From positions 806,001 to 870,000 of the forward strand of contig JBBPEB010000007.1 of the NCBI GenBank assembly GCA_039096225.1: a stretch of DNA of 64,000 bases, read 5' to 3'. Within the stretch, counting starts at the first letter, position 1. Every line of letters starts with the position of its first letter. Made by a program: the position numbers and the translations under genes. Below the pieces are notes generated by a model. The model was not told where the DNA came from and searched no databases. It saw only the letters and a program-made list of their open reading frames with translations. This DNA comes from Blastocystis sp. Blastoise (taxonomy: Eukaryota > Protista > Bigyra: Opalinata). Shown one piece after another: positions 14,201 to 27,810 of the stretch.

Positions 14201-17200
14201 TATTTGTTTGTCTACTTGTTCTTTATAATTACTCATTTCGTCTTTTGATTTCATTTCAAGTATTTCTTTTTCATGTTTATATTGTTCATTTATAGATAAT
14301 AATTGAGATTCATATTGAGATTTCATAGTATCCATCGATTGTTGAAGAGAATCAACGATTTGTTTATTATTATTCTTTATTTTTTCATATTCAAGATTAT
14401 ATTGTTGTTTATTATCTTCTATTTGCTGTTTTAATAGAATTATTTGTTCATTATAAGTATTTTCTAATGTTTTTTTATCTTCATTCCATTGTATAGATTG
14501 TTTTGATATTTGATCTTCATATTTCTTTTGAATATTAGTTAATAATTCTTTATTAGAAACAGATAATAATTCAATTTCTTTATTATTATTCTCAGTTAAT
14601 GTTGTTATAGAATTAGTATAATTCTTATTTAATATATCTATATCATTCTTATATTGATTATTTACTGTTTCTAATGAGGATTTATATTCATTATCTAATG
14701 AAACTTGTTCATTCTTATATTTTATTTCAATTTCATTCAATTTATTTGTATAATTACTAGATGTTTCTTGTAATTTATCTTCTAATTGTTTTAATTGCTC
14801 TTTATATTCTTTTTCTTTTTTATCTATTAATAAAGAATAATCATTTTCTTTTGTTTCTAATAAAGAATTATAATGTTTTTCAACTTCTTCTTTTTCTTTA
14901 GTTAATATATTTAATTGATTCTCATAAGTCGTTTTCAAATCATCTTTAATACTATTATAAGATACTTGTACAGAGTCTAAAGATGTATTATAAGAACTAT
15001 TTACATCTTTTAATTGATTATTATATTCATCTTTTAATGATTTTATTTGAAATTCATAATCATTCTTCATAGAAGTATATTCTTCTTGTGATTTTATTAA
15101 TTGTTTATGATAAGTATCATCAATAGTATGAAGAGAAAGATTATAGTCTTCTTTTAATGAACTATTTGTTTGTTGTAATTCACTGATTTGTTTTATCATT
15201 TCATCTTTAACTGATTGAATTTCATTTTGTTTTGAAGTTTCTAATAATTGACGTTCTTTACTAAATTGTTCATTTTGACTTTGAATAGAATCTTGTAATT
15301 CTTTTATAGTTTTAGTAAATTGTAAAGATAATAATTGAATATTATTTTGATTTTGTTCTTCTTGATTATGTTGTTTTTCTATTAATATATTCATTTTCGT
15401 TTCATAATCATTTTGAATTGTATCAATTTGCTGTTTATAATTAGAATCTAATTTTGATTTTTCATTTAATAAATCATTTATTTTCTTATTAAATTCTATA
15501 TTAGCATCTTCAATCATTTTTTCTTTACTTTGTTCTAATTCTTCAAAAGATTTTTGTAATTCTTGTATATCTTTTTGATTTTCATTCTGAATATCAATTA
15601 TTTGTTCTTCATATTGTTCTTTTATATCTTCTAATTTCTTTTGCATTGCTTTTATTGTTTTTTCTCCTTCTTCTTTTATAGTCTGAATTTGTTTTTCATA
15701 AATATCTTTCATATTTTGAATTTCAAGATTTTTCTGATTAATTGCCTTGTCATTATCATCAGAAAGAGATTGGAATTTATTCTTATAATCATTTTCTAAA
15801 GAAATATTCATATTATTCATTAATACCTTAAAACTATCATAATCTTTATTTAATGTTTTAATTATATTCGTATGTTTTTCTTCATTATCTTCAATTTTCT
15901 TTTCATAATTCTCTTTTAATTGTTGTATCTCTTCATTATGTTGGGTAATTAATTCACTCTTCTCTTGACTAGAAATATCTAATTTATTTTCATATTCATT
16001 CTTTTGAGTCTCTAATAATTGAGTATATTTATCTTCTAATTCTTTATTTATAATATTAAATGAATCTATTTTCTCTGTTAATTGTTTTTCTAATGAATCA
16101 TAACGATTATTTGAATTATCCAATTGTTCTTTAGAAACCTGTTCAATATGATTGATTTCTTCTTTATGTTTTGTATTTAATATATTCATTTGATTCTCAT
16201 TATCAGCTTTCATCAACTTTTCTTTCTCTTCATATTGTTTATTTATTGTTTGTATATGAATTTCATATTCATTTTTTTGTTTTTCTAATTGATCTTTTAA
16301 ATCAATTATCATAGAATTCTTTTCTTTATTTATTTCTTCAATTTGTTTTTCATATTTTAAAGTTGTTAATTCTAATTGTTTATTTAATAAAGATTCAAAA
16401 TTTTTCTCAATTCCATTTACAGAATTCGATATTTCTTGAATTTGAGTATCTTTTTCTTTTATTTTTAATTCATAATCATTTACTAATTGTTCTCTTTGTT
16501 TTATATTCTCATTATTTAATAAAGATAATTCTTCTTGATGTTTTGATAATAATTTATTCTTTTCATTTGTATATAGATCTTGATTTTCTTTTAATTGTTT
16601 TTCTATACTTTCTAATTGTTCTTTATATTTCTTTTCTTCTTCATTATGTTTATTAAAATAATCATCAGTTATTGACTGAATATTATGAATATGTTCTTCT
16701 TTCATATTTTGTATAATAGTATTCAAAGAAGTTGTAGATTCTTCTTTTAATTTTAATAATTCATTATATTTAATATTTAACTGATTATATTGTTCATTAT
16801 GACTTTCAATTAATTGATTTGTATTTTGTTTATTTGTTTCTATAATAGATTTTATTTGATTTTCATATTGAATAACAAGATCTGCATTCTTTGATAAAAG
16901 ATCATTCCGGCTATTTGAATATTGAGATTCTAATAATTTATATTGATTTTCAAATAATACTTTCATTTTTTCTTCATTATCTTTTGATTGTGATTGTAAT
17001 TCAGTATATTTGATATCATATTTATTAATTAATTGTTCATTTTCTTCTTTTTGTTTTAATTGAATAGAATCTAGATTCTTTATATGATCATTTTGAATTA
17101 TTTCTATATCTTTATTATGTTTTTCATGAAGTAAATTAATATTATTTTCATATTCAATTGTTTTCTTATTCATGATTTGTTCATATTCTGAAATCTTTTG

Positions 17201-19445
17201 ATCTTTTTGAACTAATTCTGATTTTAAATGATTAATTAATGTAGTATTATCTACTAATAATTGTTCTTGTTTTGCTAATTCATTTATATGTTTTTCTTTT
17301 AATTCTTCTATAGTTATATTCATTTCTTTTTCTTTTTCTTCATATATTTTCTTTGATACTTCTTCTTGATTCTTCAATTTCTTATCATAATCATCTTCAA
17401 GTGTATGTAGTTTTATTGCCATTTCTTCTTGAGAATTCTTATATAATTTATCTTTTTCTTCTAACTGACTAGTATAGTCATGTTTTATTGTATCTATTTC
17501 TTCATTTAAACTATCAACTTTAGCTTTATAAAAAACAATCATTTTCTCTAAAGATGCCCTCATCTGTTCTATATTATCTTTTACATTATCCATTCTTTGA
17601 TCATATATATATTGATTTGTTATTATTTCTTCTTTATATTTATCTTCAATAGCTTTTATTTGTTGTTGTACTTCTTCTTTATCAAATATACTTTGATCTT
17701 CTTTATGCATACGTATCCATTCTTGTACATAATCATTTGTTACTTTATTTATATCTTCAATTGATAAAGATTTTGTATTTTCTATATATATATATATTAT
17801 TATTATTATTAATATATTTTATATGTATATAATATATATAGAATTTTTATATTAAATTATGAATAATTTATATATATAAATATAATTATATATAATATAT
17901 ACCATGTTTTAAAAGTTGATTTTCTTGTTCTTTTTGTTTTAAGGTAATATTTAATTTATCTATAGTTTTTTGTCGTAAATGAACAAATTTATTATCTTCA
18001 TTATCATTTATAATATCTTCAATAGGCTTATATTCATTAACTATCGGATCAGAAGGAAATTTCTTTATATACTGACTTAATTCTAACACATATTTAGTTT
18101 CCTAGATATATAGAATAGTAATAAAAATATATAATCTATAATAAATTAAGAAAAAAAAATTATAATGTGAATTCTATTATATATTATATATTATATATTA
18201 TATATTATATATATACAGGTAAAGCATTTTTAGTAGGTGTACAATTAAGACAGAATATAATAAAGCAATTTCCATTTAACATATCTTGTAATAAATATAA
18301 AATAGTACTTTCTTGAACATTAATAGATGATTTTCCATATTTAAAATAATGTAATAAATATTTATGTGATTTATCAATAGTACGTTGATGTATATTTATA
18401 GTTGATAAACTATTATGAAATAATGTTGAAGACATACCTATTATATATATATAATAATGATTAATATTATTTATATTAGTATCATATTATTAAATAAAAT
18501 AATAAAATAACAAAAATAATAAAAATAATAAAAATAATAAAAAAATTAAAATAATAAAAATAATAAAAAAATTAAAATAATAAAAAAAATAAAAATAATA
18601 AAAATAATATAAAATAAAATTAAATAATATAAAATAAAACAATATATATACTTGCAAAGTCAACAAAGATAAGCCTTCCAATAGTCCCTTGTAGATCTCC
18701 GGATTGAACATGAATAGTAAACATTGTATGACCTAAATCATGTGTATATATACCCATCTTTTTTATATGTCTAGAAAATAATAGTTATACAGTAAGTAGT
18801 ATAAACAGAACATATATATAAGTAATATAAATTGTAGTTTAATGATAATTAATAATATTAAGATGATATATATAAAGAAGAATAAACAATATTATATAAT
18901 AAGTATAATAAAAAATAATAATAATAATAATAAAAGAAATAATAATAATAATAATAATAATAATATATATATATATACTTGTTAGCTTTAAAATTAATAT
19001 AGCAGGCGATAATATTTTCTTTAGTTTTAATTTCTGCCATATATATACCAATATTATCTTTTCTTTCTAAGTGTATATTACTCATATAAACTAATTTATT
19101 CTTCTGTGATAAATCATATATATAATCATCATAAACTTCTAAACCAGAAAACTATATATAGATAGAAAAATTAAAAGTAATATAAAGTACAATAAATAGT
19201 ATAAAATAATAAAATATAAGCATAAATTAAATAATAATAATACTAATATAAAATAATAGAATATAAATTCATATATATATATATATATTTACAGAAACTA
19301 TATATTCATTATTTTTATTCATAAGTTGAATTCGTTTAAATATAGTATCTGCTGACATTAGTAATATAGACTGAATATCATCTAAAGTATTAATTTTTCC
19401 ATTTAATGTATAAGTTTTTCCTGTACATTCAGAACCATAACTATA

Positions 19446-19544
<99 letters not shown>

Positions 19545-20056
19545 AAATAAAAATAAATAAATAAATAAATAAAAAACAAATAAATAAATAAATATATAAA
19601 AATAAATAAATACATATATAAATAAAAAATAATAAACATAATAAGAATAAAAAAAACTTACACTACAAAACATGCGCTATATCCATCAATAACTTTTGGA
19701 ATAATAGGACTAATTGAGTTTTGATAGCTAGAAAGGAAAAAAGTAGAAGAAAATTTTTAAAAATGTAAAAATACACGTCTTCATTTGTAGAATCGATCCA
19801 AAATACTTTATCAAACTGAAATGGATTAGGGCTGTTCGGTAATGACACAGTGTTCTATTTTTAAAATAAGTTTATAATTGATATGATCAATATAAAATAA
19901 CAAAATCATACATTATTTGGCTTCGATATAGCAAATGATTCCTTTCGGATTTCATTTATAAGTAATGGCCTGAATCGACATAGAACCTATATTTATATAA
20001 AATATATTTCAGATATATTATACTTGAACATTAGCAATTGACTCTTGTCTTGCCAT
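5222..20056 (-). CDS. Giant kinesin-like protein (~4,500 aa): divergent N-terminal motor domain plus very long coiled coil; multi-exon
   Basis: Spliced N-terminus MARQESIANVQ/VLCRFRPL. Motor motifs: FQFDKVF, P-loop YGSECTGKTYTL, SGLEVYDDYIYDL, HTMFTIHV, GRLIFVDFA, LLQDMLNGNC. One ~10.9-kb E/K/Q/N-rich exon (6875-17781) and two terminal exons (~5985-6728, 5222-5794). Confidence 0.85.
9540..11345 (-). repeat. Coding 66-bp (22-aa) tandem repeat, about 27-28 copies
   Basis: Units such as EEKEKEYKEQLSLLETENKNKI recur throughout this part of the 3614-aa ORF. Confidence 0.9.
19446..19570 (+). repeat. (TAAA)n intronic microsatellite
   Basis: Read directly; lies in a kinesin intron. Confidence 0.9.
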
Positions 20057-20219
20057 TCTCTCTTTTATTGATTATAAATGATTTTTAATTCAATAGTATA
20101 GAGTATAGAGTATATTAAATAGAAAAAAACAATAACTTTTCGTCTTAAGACAAAAAAAAATCAAAAAAATGTGTCTGTATTATGGGAAATTGTTTTTATA
20201 CTCTGTAAATAAACACACA

Positions 20220-20231
20220 TTCGCGGGAATT
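20220..20231. promoter_or_regulatory. E2F-like element (GCGGGAA / TTCCCGC) upstream of the kinesin
   Basis: ttcgcgggaatt about 165 bp upstream of the ATG at 20056, in very AT-rich DNA. A similar tttgcgggaata lies at 3405-3416. Confidence 0.4.
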
Positions 20232-21559
20232 CTATTTTATATTTTTCTAATGTTTTTCAATTGCATCTGTTTTTAAACAAGGAAATAATTAAAAATGAAC
20301 TGTTCATTTTTAAAGAAACCTGATTATTTCGTACTTTTACAAATTATCATTTCTTCATAGATTGGGAGTTATATTTATTTTAAAAAAGAGAAATATCGTT
20401 TGGCTAAGTTTCTCTAATAAAGGAGAGTATCAGATACCAGCAGATATGATTTACACGATTCTTTTCAATATGAATTGTGATTTTCTTTAAATAGATACTC
20501 ATGAATCATGTAATTTTTGTATTTTTATAGCGTGGATTTTTAAAATTTCTATAAACTGATAAAAACAAAAAAAGAAAAACTCATGTATGTTCACAGTTTT
20601 TTACTTGAATTGCGCAGATCATAATTATTCTTTATTCTCATCATTTCACATAGATGATTTCATTCATAAGCATTGCCAAAATAATAAATGGCAAACATTT
20701 TGATTCTTTGTTTATAAAATTACAGTACAAAACACTAGGAATATGAATTCTAGGAATCTGAATCCTATAAATCGATTTTTTATTCAATATTTGAAAAATG
20801 TTTTATAGCATAACCAACAAAAATTCACTCAAAAAATACTAAATATTTATATATTTTTTATTTTTTAATATAACATTAATTATTATTTTTATTACGATGA
20901 ATATCCCATCATTTCATATCAATAAACCTATGCATCAAATTTCTAAAAGAAATCAATTAGCAAAACTATGATTCATATTCTTTTAAACTTATATTGTCAT
21001 TAAAAACCACTACAAGTGTCTCTTATAAGAAATAATATAAAATTAACTATAGACTTGTGACTTGAATTGATTGTGTCATCATAACCTGTCACCAACAGCC
21101 ATTTCAAGCTGTGTAGAGTTCTTTATGATCTAAAGTATAGATATCTAATACATATTAACCACTAATTAAACATTATAATATGAACTTTTAACTTGTGTCA
21201 GTTTCTTATTTATTCATAACAACTGACGACAAAAATAAAAATTCGTTAGTTCAGACAGAGTTAGACATATCTTAATTGAGCTGAAACAGTACTGTTTTTA
21301 AAAATCATGATTATTTCGCTTATAAAACAGGGTATATATTTATTGGATGAAGTACTCGGGTAATTGGAATATTTTTTTTATTAAACTTACGTGAGGACTT
21401 TTATTATTTTTATTTGTTGATTATTAAGTCTATATTGAAATTAAATTAAACAATATTACGTTATTTATTACTGAAATACTTGTATACGTGAATCTCTACA
21501 CAGCTAATTCTAAGTTTTCTGTCAATTGTGTCTTTCTGAAATTAAATTTGTGATATACT

Positions 21560-23307
21560 ATGTCTAAATGTATGCTATATCTATGTATACTATGTATACT
21601 ATTTTTTAGATAAGTTTTGTTTTCAAGATGATCTATCTGTTTCTATTTCATCAACTGTAATCAATCAATATCCTGATTCGATCCTTTTTAATGTGTTGAA
21701 GAATAGTAAGAATTTTCGTGAGAATAAAAAAATGTGGTACGTGGATTATCCTTCTCATGATTTAAAGAAATTAATATCCATGATTTCAAAAGGTGAAATA
21801 AACTACTGTGACATTACTGCCAAATGTGCCTCTTCGTTATACGTTTCATCTAGTATATTTTTAGGAAAGAATTGTCAACTAAGTTCGGATCTCTTTTATT
21901 GTATTCAATATAATTTTTTATGTACACATTCAAAATTTGGATTAGATTTGTATGTATATATAAATATAAATATTTGAATATATTATAGTAATAAACCAAT
22001 TGATTTTAATTCAAATGAAACATATATATTAACTTTAACAAGTATGTAGAGTTTATAATCATAATTATTTATATAATATATATATATATATAGAACTTTC
22101 AAAGAATCCGTGCGACTATATATTATTATATCGACTTATTATTAAACAATTACGAATCACTTCAATTAACGCTTCTTGTATATTTTATACTTATAATATA
22201 TTTATTATTTTTATTTTATTAATAATTTTTATTATTATGTTAATTGTATTTTATTTTAGTATTATATTTTTTATTTTTATATTTATTATTATTATATTTA
22301 TTATTATTATGTTAATTAATACTATACTCTATAGGTACTAAGATATGTAATAAGGTCCTTAATGCTCTCACTGACGAGATGGAACAAGGTCTATTTCCTT
22401 ATTTAGAATCCATTCAATTCTCTAGTGATAATGGTATATATATAGGATTATATTTATAATGTTTTATTTATTCTATTCTTATTAATATGTAGGTATTGAA
22501 AAAACTACTATTATATATAAAGTTCAATCTGTAGCAAATAATAAGCAATCAACTAGTATATATTATTATTATTATGATTATGATTATTATTATGATTATT
22601 ATTATTATTATTATATTTATTATTATTATTATTCTATAGATATGATATTAACATCAAAATATTATGTATATGGACTTTCAGTGTATATATATATTATATA
22701 TATATATTATTAACATTATATATATATATTATTAGCATTCTATATATATATATATAGCTTTTTAGGAAAGAGTTTGTCTCCTATGTGCTATAATATGATA
22801 TTAAATTATGTGAAAGATGAATATATTAATTCATTCCATTTAGGTATATATATATAATAGTTTATTCTAGTAATTATTATTCTATTTATTATTTTATAGA
22901 GTTATATAATACTGATAAAGATGACTTTAAAAGATGTATAAATTACTTATTTTTGAAGAATTATCAATATTTAACAAATCTTGATGTTGTAGATTTAGGT
23001 CAATATGGGAATAATATGTCAGAATCTGAATTCCGTCAGTATGTCACACATAGTGCATTTAATAAAATTAAATCTATTCAATTCTGTATATATATAAATA
23101 AATATTTCATAATTTCTTGTATATATTATGTATTATATATATATAGCTGCTTTAAATACAATAGGAGGAACACAATTTGATGTTTTAGTTTCACTAATAA
23201 AATTAAATCAATATCCATATTTAGAGAGATTTATATATAATACTAGTCTAGGTATATATAATATAATACATATATTTATATACTATAAAATACATATATT
23301 TATATAC

Positions 23308-23347
<40 letters not shown>

Positions 23348-23700
23348 ATGAGAATGGCGTTATAGATTCAGATCAAAGTGATACTTTGTACGCCGTACGA
23401 AGTCTTTGCGAAAGTCAACCAAATCTTAATATTATTCTTCACTGTATATATATATATATAACTATTATTTATATAAAATAATATTAGTTTTTCTTCTAAA
23501 TATATATATATAATATATATAGTTGATTCCTTAAAAGATATATCAACATCCTTTTTAAGTATGATTTATTCAACTACAACTGCAGTTCTATCAACTAATG
23601 AAGCCATATTTCAAAATCCATTGTCATTATACATTGATTATGTTCGACAAGGAAGATTATTAATTGAATCTCCTTATACTGACCAATATATATTTCCTAG

Positions 23701-23784
<84 letters not shown>

Positions 23785-24080
23785 TAATATATATAGAACC
23801 TGCAGATAATAAAGATATAGGTACATTTTTTAATAGTTTTGCAAATCAGTTCTCATTCAGTTCTATTAAATTAACATGTATATATATAGATATGAATTTA
23901 TATATATACATGTATTTATATTATCATTTTCTTTTTTTTTTCACTTGTTGATATACAAAATATTTAATATAATTATTTATATTCTTATTCCCGTGGTTAT
24001 TCTAGGTTTGGATGATATTTGGCTTTTCTCTCTTTTTGCAAATAATGGTTCAATGAAACAGTTAGAAGCACTTACTATTG

Positions 24081-24121
<41 letters not shown>

Positions 24122-24219
24122 TCTAATATATGTGATGAGAGTGAAGATACATATATATCTTCTTATCTATACTCTATTCAAGAAGGATCTCTACCTAATC
24201 TGAAAATACTCTATTTATC

Positions 24220-24303
<84 letters not shown>

Positions 24304-25327
24304 GTGAATGGTTCTATATCGAATTCTATAAATGCTTTAATTTCTTTATTTACTATTCATGTTTTTATGTCGGTAGAATCATTCATATTCTCTTATCCCA
24401 AAGGTATATATATATATATATATTATTAAGATAAATAGTATTTAAACTCTATATTTATTATATATATATATATAGAAGATAATACAGATACTCTGCTTAA
24501 ACAGACTTCTATAACTAAACTATTTATGTATATCAATTCAATATGCACACCATCGATAAAGCAAATAACATTCTTAAATGTTCAAGACCCACTAGATATG
24601 TTTATGCCATCTATATTCTGTTCTACATCATTTCCATCTCTTCTATTCTCTATTATATTTAAAGGTATATACGTATTTTTTTAGTATTTATTAAATAATA
24701 TCTATATTATTTGTATTTTTTATATTTAATTATCTATCTTATTTATAAATACAATTATCACTATTACCATTTTAAATAATCATAATAATCATAATCATAA
24801 TAATATATAATCATAATAATAATAAACATAATAATCATAATAATCATAAAGATCATAATAATATATAGATTGCCACCTGAGTTCTCTTTGTATAACTACA
24901 TTAGGAGCCTGTTTATCGAATCAAAAAATAAGTTATATTCGATCATTATCTATTGATCAACTATCAGCGGCTAATCTATTGGATATTGCGTCACTTATTG
25001 AAAAGAAATCATTTCAATATTTATATTCATTAACACTTGGTATTGATGATACTATTATAAATAAAGATAAGAAAGAGAATATTATTTCACTATTAAATAA
25101 TATTTCGGTAAATACCACACCACGATTATATTCATTATCTATTGGTATATATATTAATGATATTCATTTTTTTTTATACATAAAAATATATTAAACTCAT
25201 TAATAATAATAATAATAATATATATATAGCAGGCAATTCCTTCAGTTGTATAGATTCGAATATATCTCTTATAACATTAATACAATTATTTAAAGATATT
25301 TATCAGAAAAATAATACTGAAAAATAA
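21560..25327 (+). CDS. BTB/POZ-like N-terminal domain plus LRR-like repeats; many introns
   Basis: Spliced start MSKYKFCFQDDLSVSISSTVINQYPDSILFNVL...WYVDYPS (KCTD/T1-type BTB pattern). Downstream LRR-like motifs: FPYLESIQF, YPYLERFIY, LPNLKILYL, PRLYSLSI. Stop TAA at 25325-25327. Confidence 0.65.
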
Positions 25328-26592
25328 TTAACAACGTCTAAACAATAATTCTATTGTTTTATACACATTTCTATTTTCTTTTTTTATTATTATATACATA
25401 TATATAAGTGTATCTATATATATTCTTTTTTTTTTCATATAATTATCTGAATTCATTTGTTAGTATTATTTTGTCTCATTTCATAAGATATATTATTATC
25501 TATTATTTTATCTCATTCTATATGTTTTCTAATAGTGTATATATATATCTATATTATTTCAAGTATAATTAATATTTATTTCTTTTATATATATTATCAT
25601 GTTTTCTATATCTGAGAGTATTAATTATTCTCGAATTTATTATTCTATTATATTATCGTCTCTTTTTTAATGTTTTTCATTCATCTAATTATTATTTTAA
25701 CACTTTCAGTATTTCAATTTGAAATGTTTATAACTTATTCTCAGTTTTTTTTTATTATTTTTAATAATCAAAACAAAATTTGTTCATGCAATATATATCT
25801 TTTAGTTTATATATATAAAGCATAGTTATATTCATCATAATTATCATATTTTCATTGATTATTCTATATATATCAAATCAAAACATACAAATTTTATATT
25901 ACTTGTTATATTCAAATATATATAATATATAATTGAAGAAATGTTAATTTTAAATTCAGAATATTTTTCTCTATAACAATATTTATCAATTGAATTCACA
26001 TACATTATATAGCTCACAAAAACAAATGACATCATCAGATTCAATTTTTTTAAAATTACAATTTTAATAATATCATATCTATTTAAAAAAAAGCAATTGC
26101 ATCCAAAAAATATATATTCAGTTTTTAACAATTAAAAGAAAATCATTTAAACACATTTCCAATGAATCACCTTTTTCAAGTATCTAGGTTTCTTTTGAAA
26201 ATATTATAAACTATTTTTTTGATCAATCTCTATATAATAAATGTGAATAATGTCAAAAATGGTTCATAAAAAGAGATGATCTGGTCTTAATCACAGTTTT
26301 TGTGTCAGGTTGAAGAAAATATTCGTTTTATGTATTTGATTCTCTACATAAGTTTTTTTAAAATTCTAGATAAAATAGTGGATCAAAAAAACTACATATT
26401 CTTACTTTTTTAGTTTATTCATATCAAAATAAAAAAGTTCAAAAATAATTGGATAAAACTTTTTCAGTTTTCATAATTGTGATTCTCTATAAAAACTCAA
26501 ACAACGATTTTTAATGTTATATTTTTGTCATAAATTATTTGTTTACAAATAAATTATTTGATAAGCTTTAATTCTCTTTATAGATTACTATT

Positions 26593-26706
26593 ATGGATCA
26601 ATTATTTGAAGGTATTGGCCAAGTTGCAGCTGGTATTTTTGGTTTCGTTCAACAAAATCCTAATGATGCAGCTGGAATAATAAAACTTATTTTCGGTGAT
26701 CATTAA
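26593..26706 (+). CDS. Small ORF, 37-aa amphipathic peptide MDQLFEGIGQVAAGIFGFVQQNPNDAAGIIKLIFGDH
   Basis: A GC-richer, Gly/Ala-rich ATG...TAA island in a ~1.9-kb AT-rich intergenic gap. It is below the ORF-track length cutoff. Confidence 0.6.
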   Translation: MDQLFEGIGQVAAGIFGFVQQNPNDAAGIIKLIFGDH

Positions 26707-27209
26707 GTGATTCTGAGTCAAATGTTTATAATCATTCATATGGTTATAAACAAAATTTGTTTATTTCTGGTTTGTCAGCTTATATGTATTAGATGTTCTT
26801 TTTTATATAGCCTCTTCTTTTGTATTATTCTTTGTTGCTATTATATTTATTTTTTTTTTTTAATTTTTTCATATACAAAGAAAATTTCTATTATTGTTTT
26901 GTTTGAAATATGGGTTATAAAAATTGCTTTTGTTCATTGAAAAATATACATTAATTTTTGAATTGAGTAATCTTATTTATATATAAAACTAAAAATGAAT
27001 TCAAAAACAACAAAATAAATTCTTATTAATACAATTAATAAAATAATAATATATCACATATTACAGAGAAACAAAAGAAAAGAAAAAATATATATTATAA
27101 TAATCATTTACAAAGGAGAAAGAAAGAAAATAGATAATAAATAATATGAATAACATATATATATATAGAAATTTGACATAATACTACTATTATATTATTA
27201 TTCTACATT

Positions 27210-27772
27210 TTATTTATATAAACTATTTTTTGTATTTTGTAAAACAATTTCATAATTTTCACATTGATGATGACTAAAAAACCACGGGTGAAGACGGACA
27301 CCTTTCGGGAATTCAGAACCAGGAAATATTTTACAAGAAGGATCATAATGAAATGAAAATAATGCATAGAAAAATTGAAGAAAAGAATAGAAGAATAAAT
27401 GCTATATATATATATAGAAATAAGATTAAGATATATACTATAACAAAAATTATTTATTATTATATATTATAATATTATATACTCTATAAACATCAAGTTT
27501 TTGCGTTTCATATTTTCTATATGCACATTCATTCTTAATACATTGATTCATATAATATATTGTTCCAGGAAGAGTAAAATTAAGTGGTTGAATGTCACAT
27601 GGATCGTACTTTGAGCCAATATTATTGGTCAATTCTTGTACTTGAGATTCCAAAGAAGGTAAATCTGTATCTTTATTATTATAACACATCTTTAACTATA
27701 GTATATAATAATAATTTTATATATATATATATTATTGTATACTATATATAGAATATATTTTGTATATAATCA

Positions 27773-27810
<38 letters not shown>

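Noticed and set aside
9853-16656. Plus-strand ORFs antisense to the kinesin stalk
   Set aside because: Shadow ORFs of the repetitive E/K-rich coding strand.
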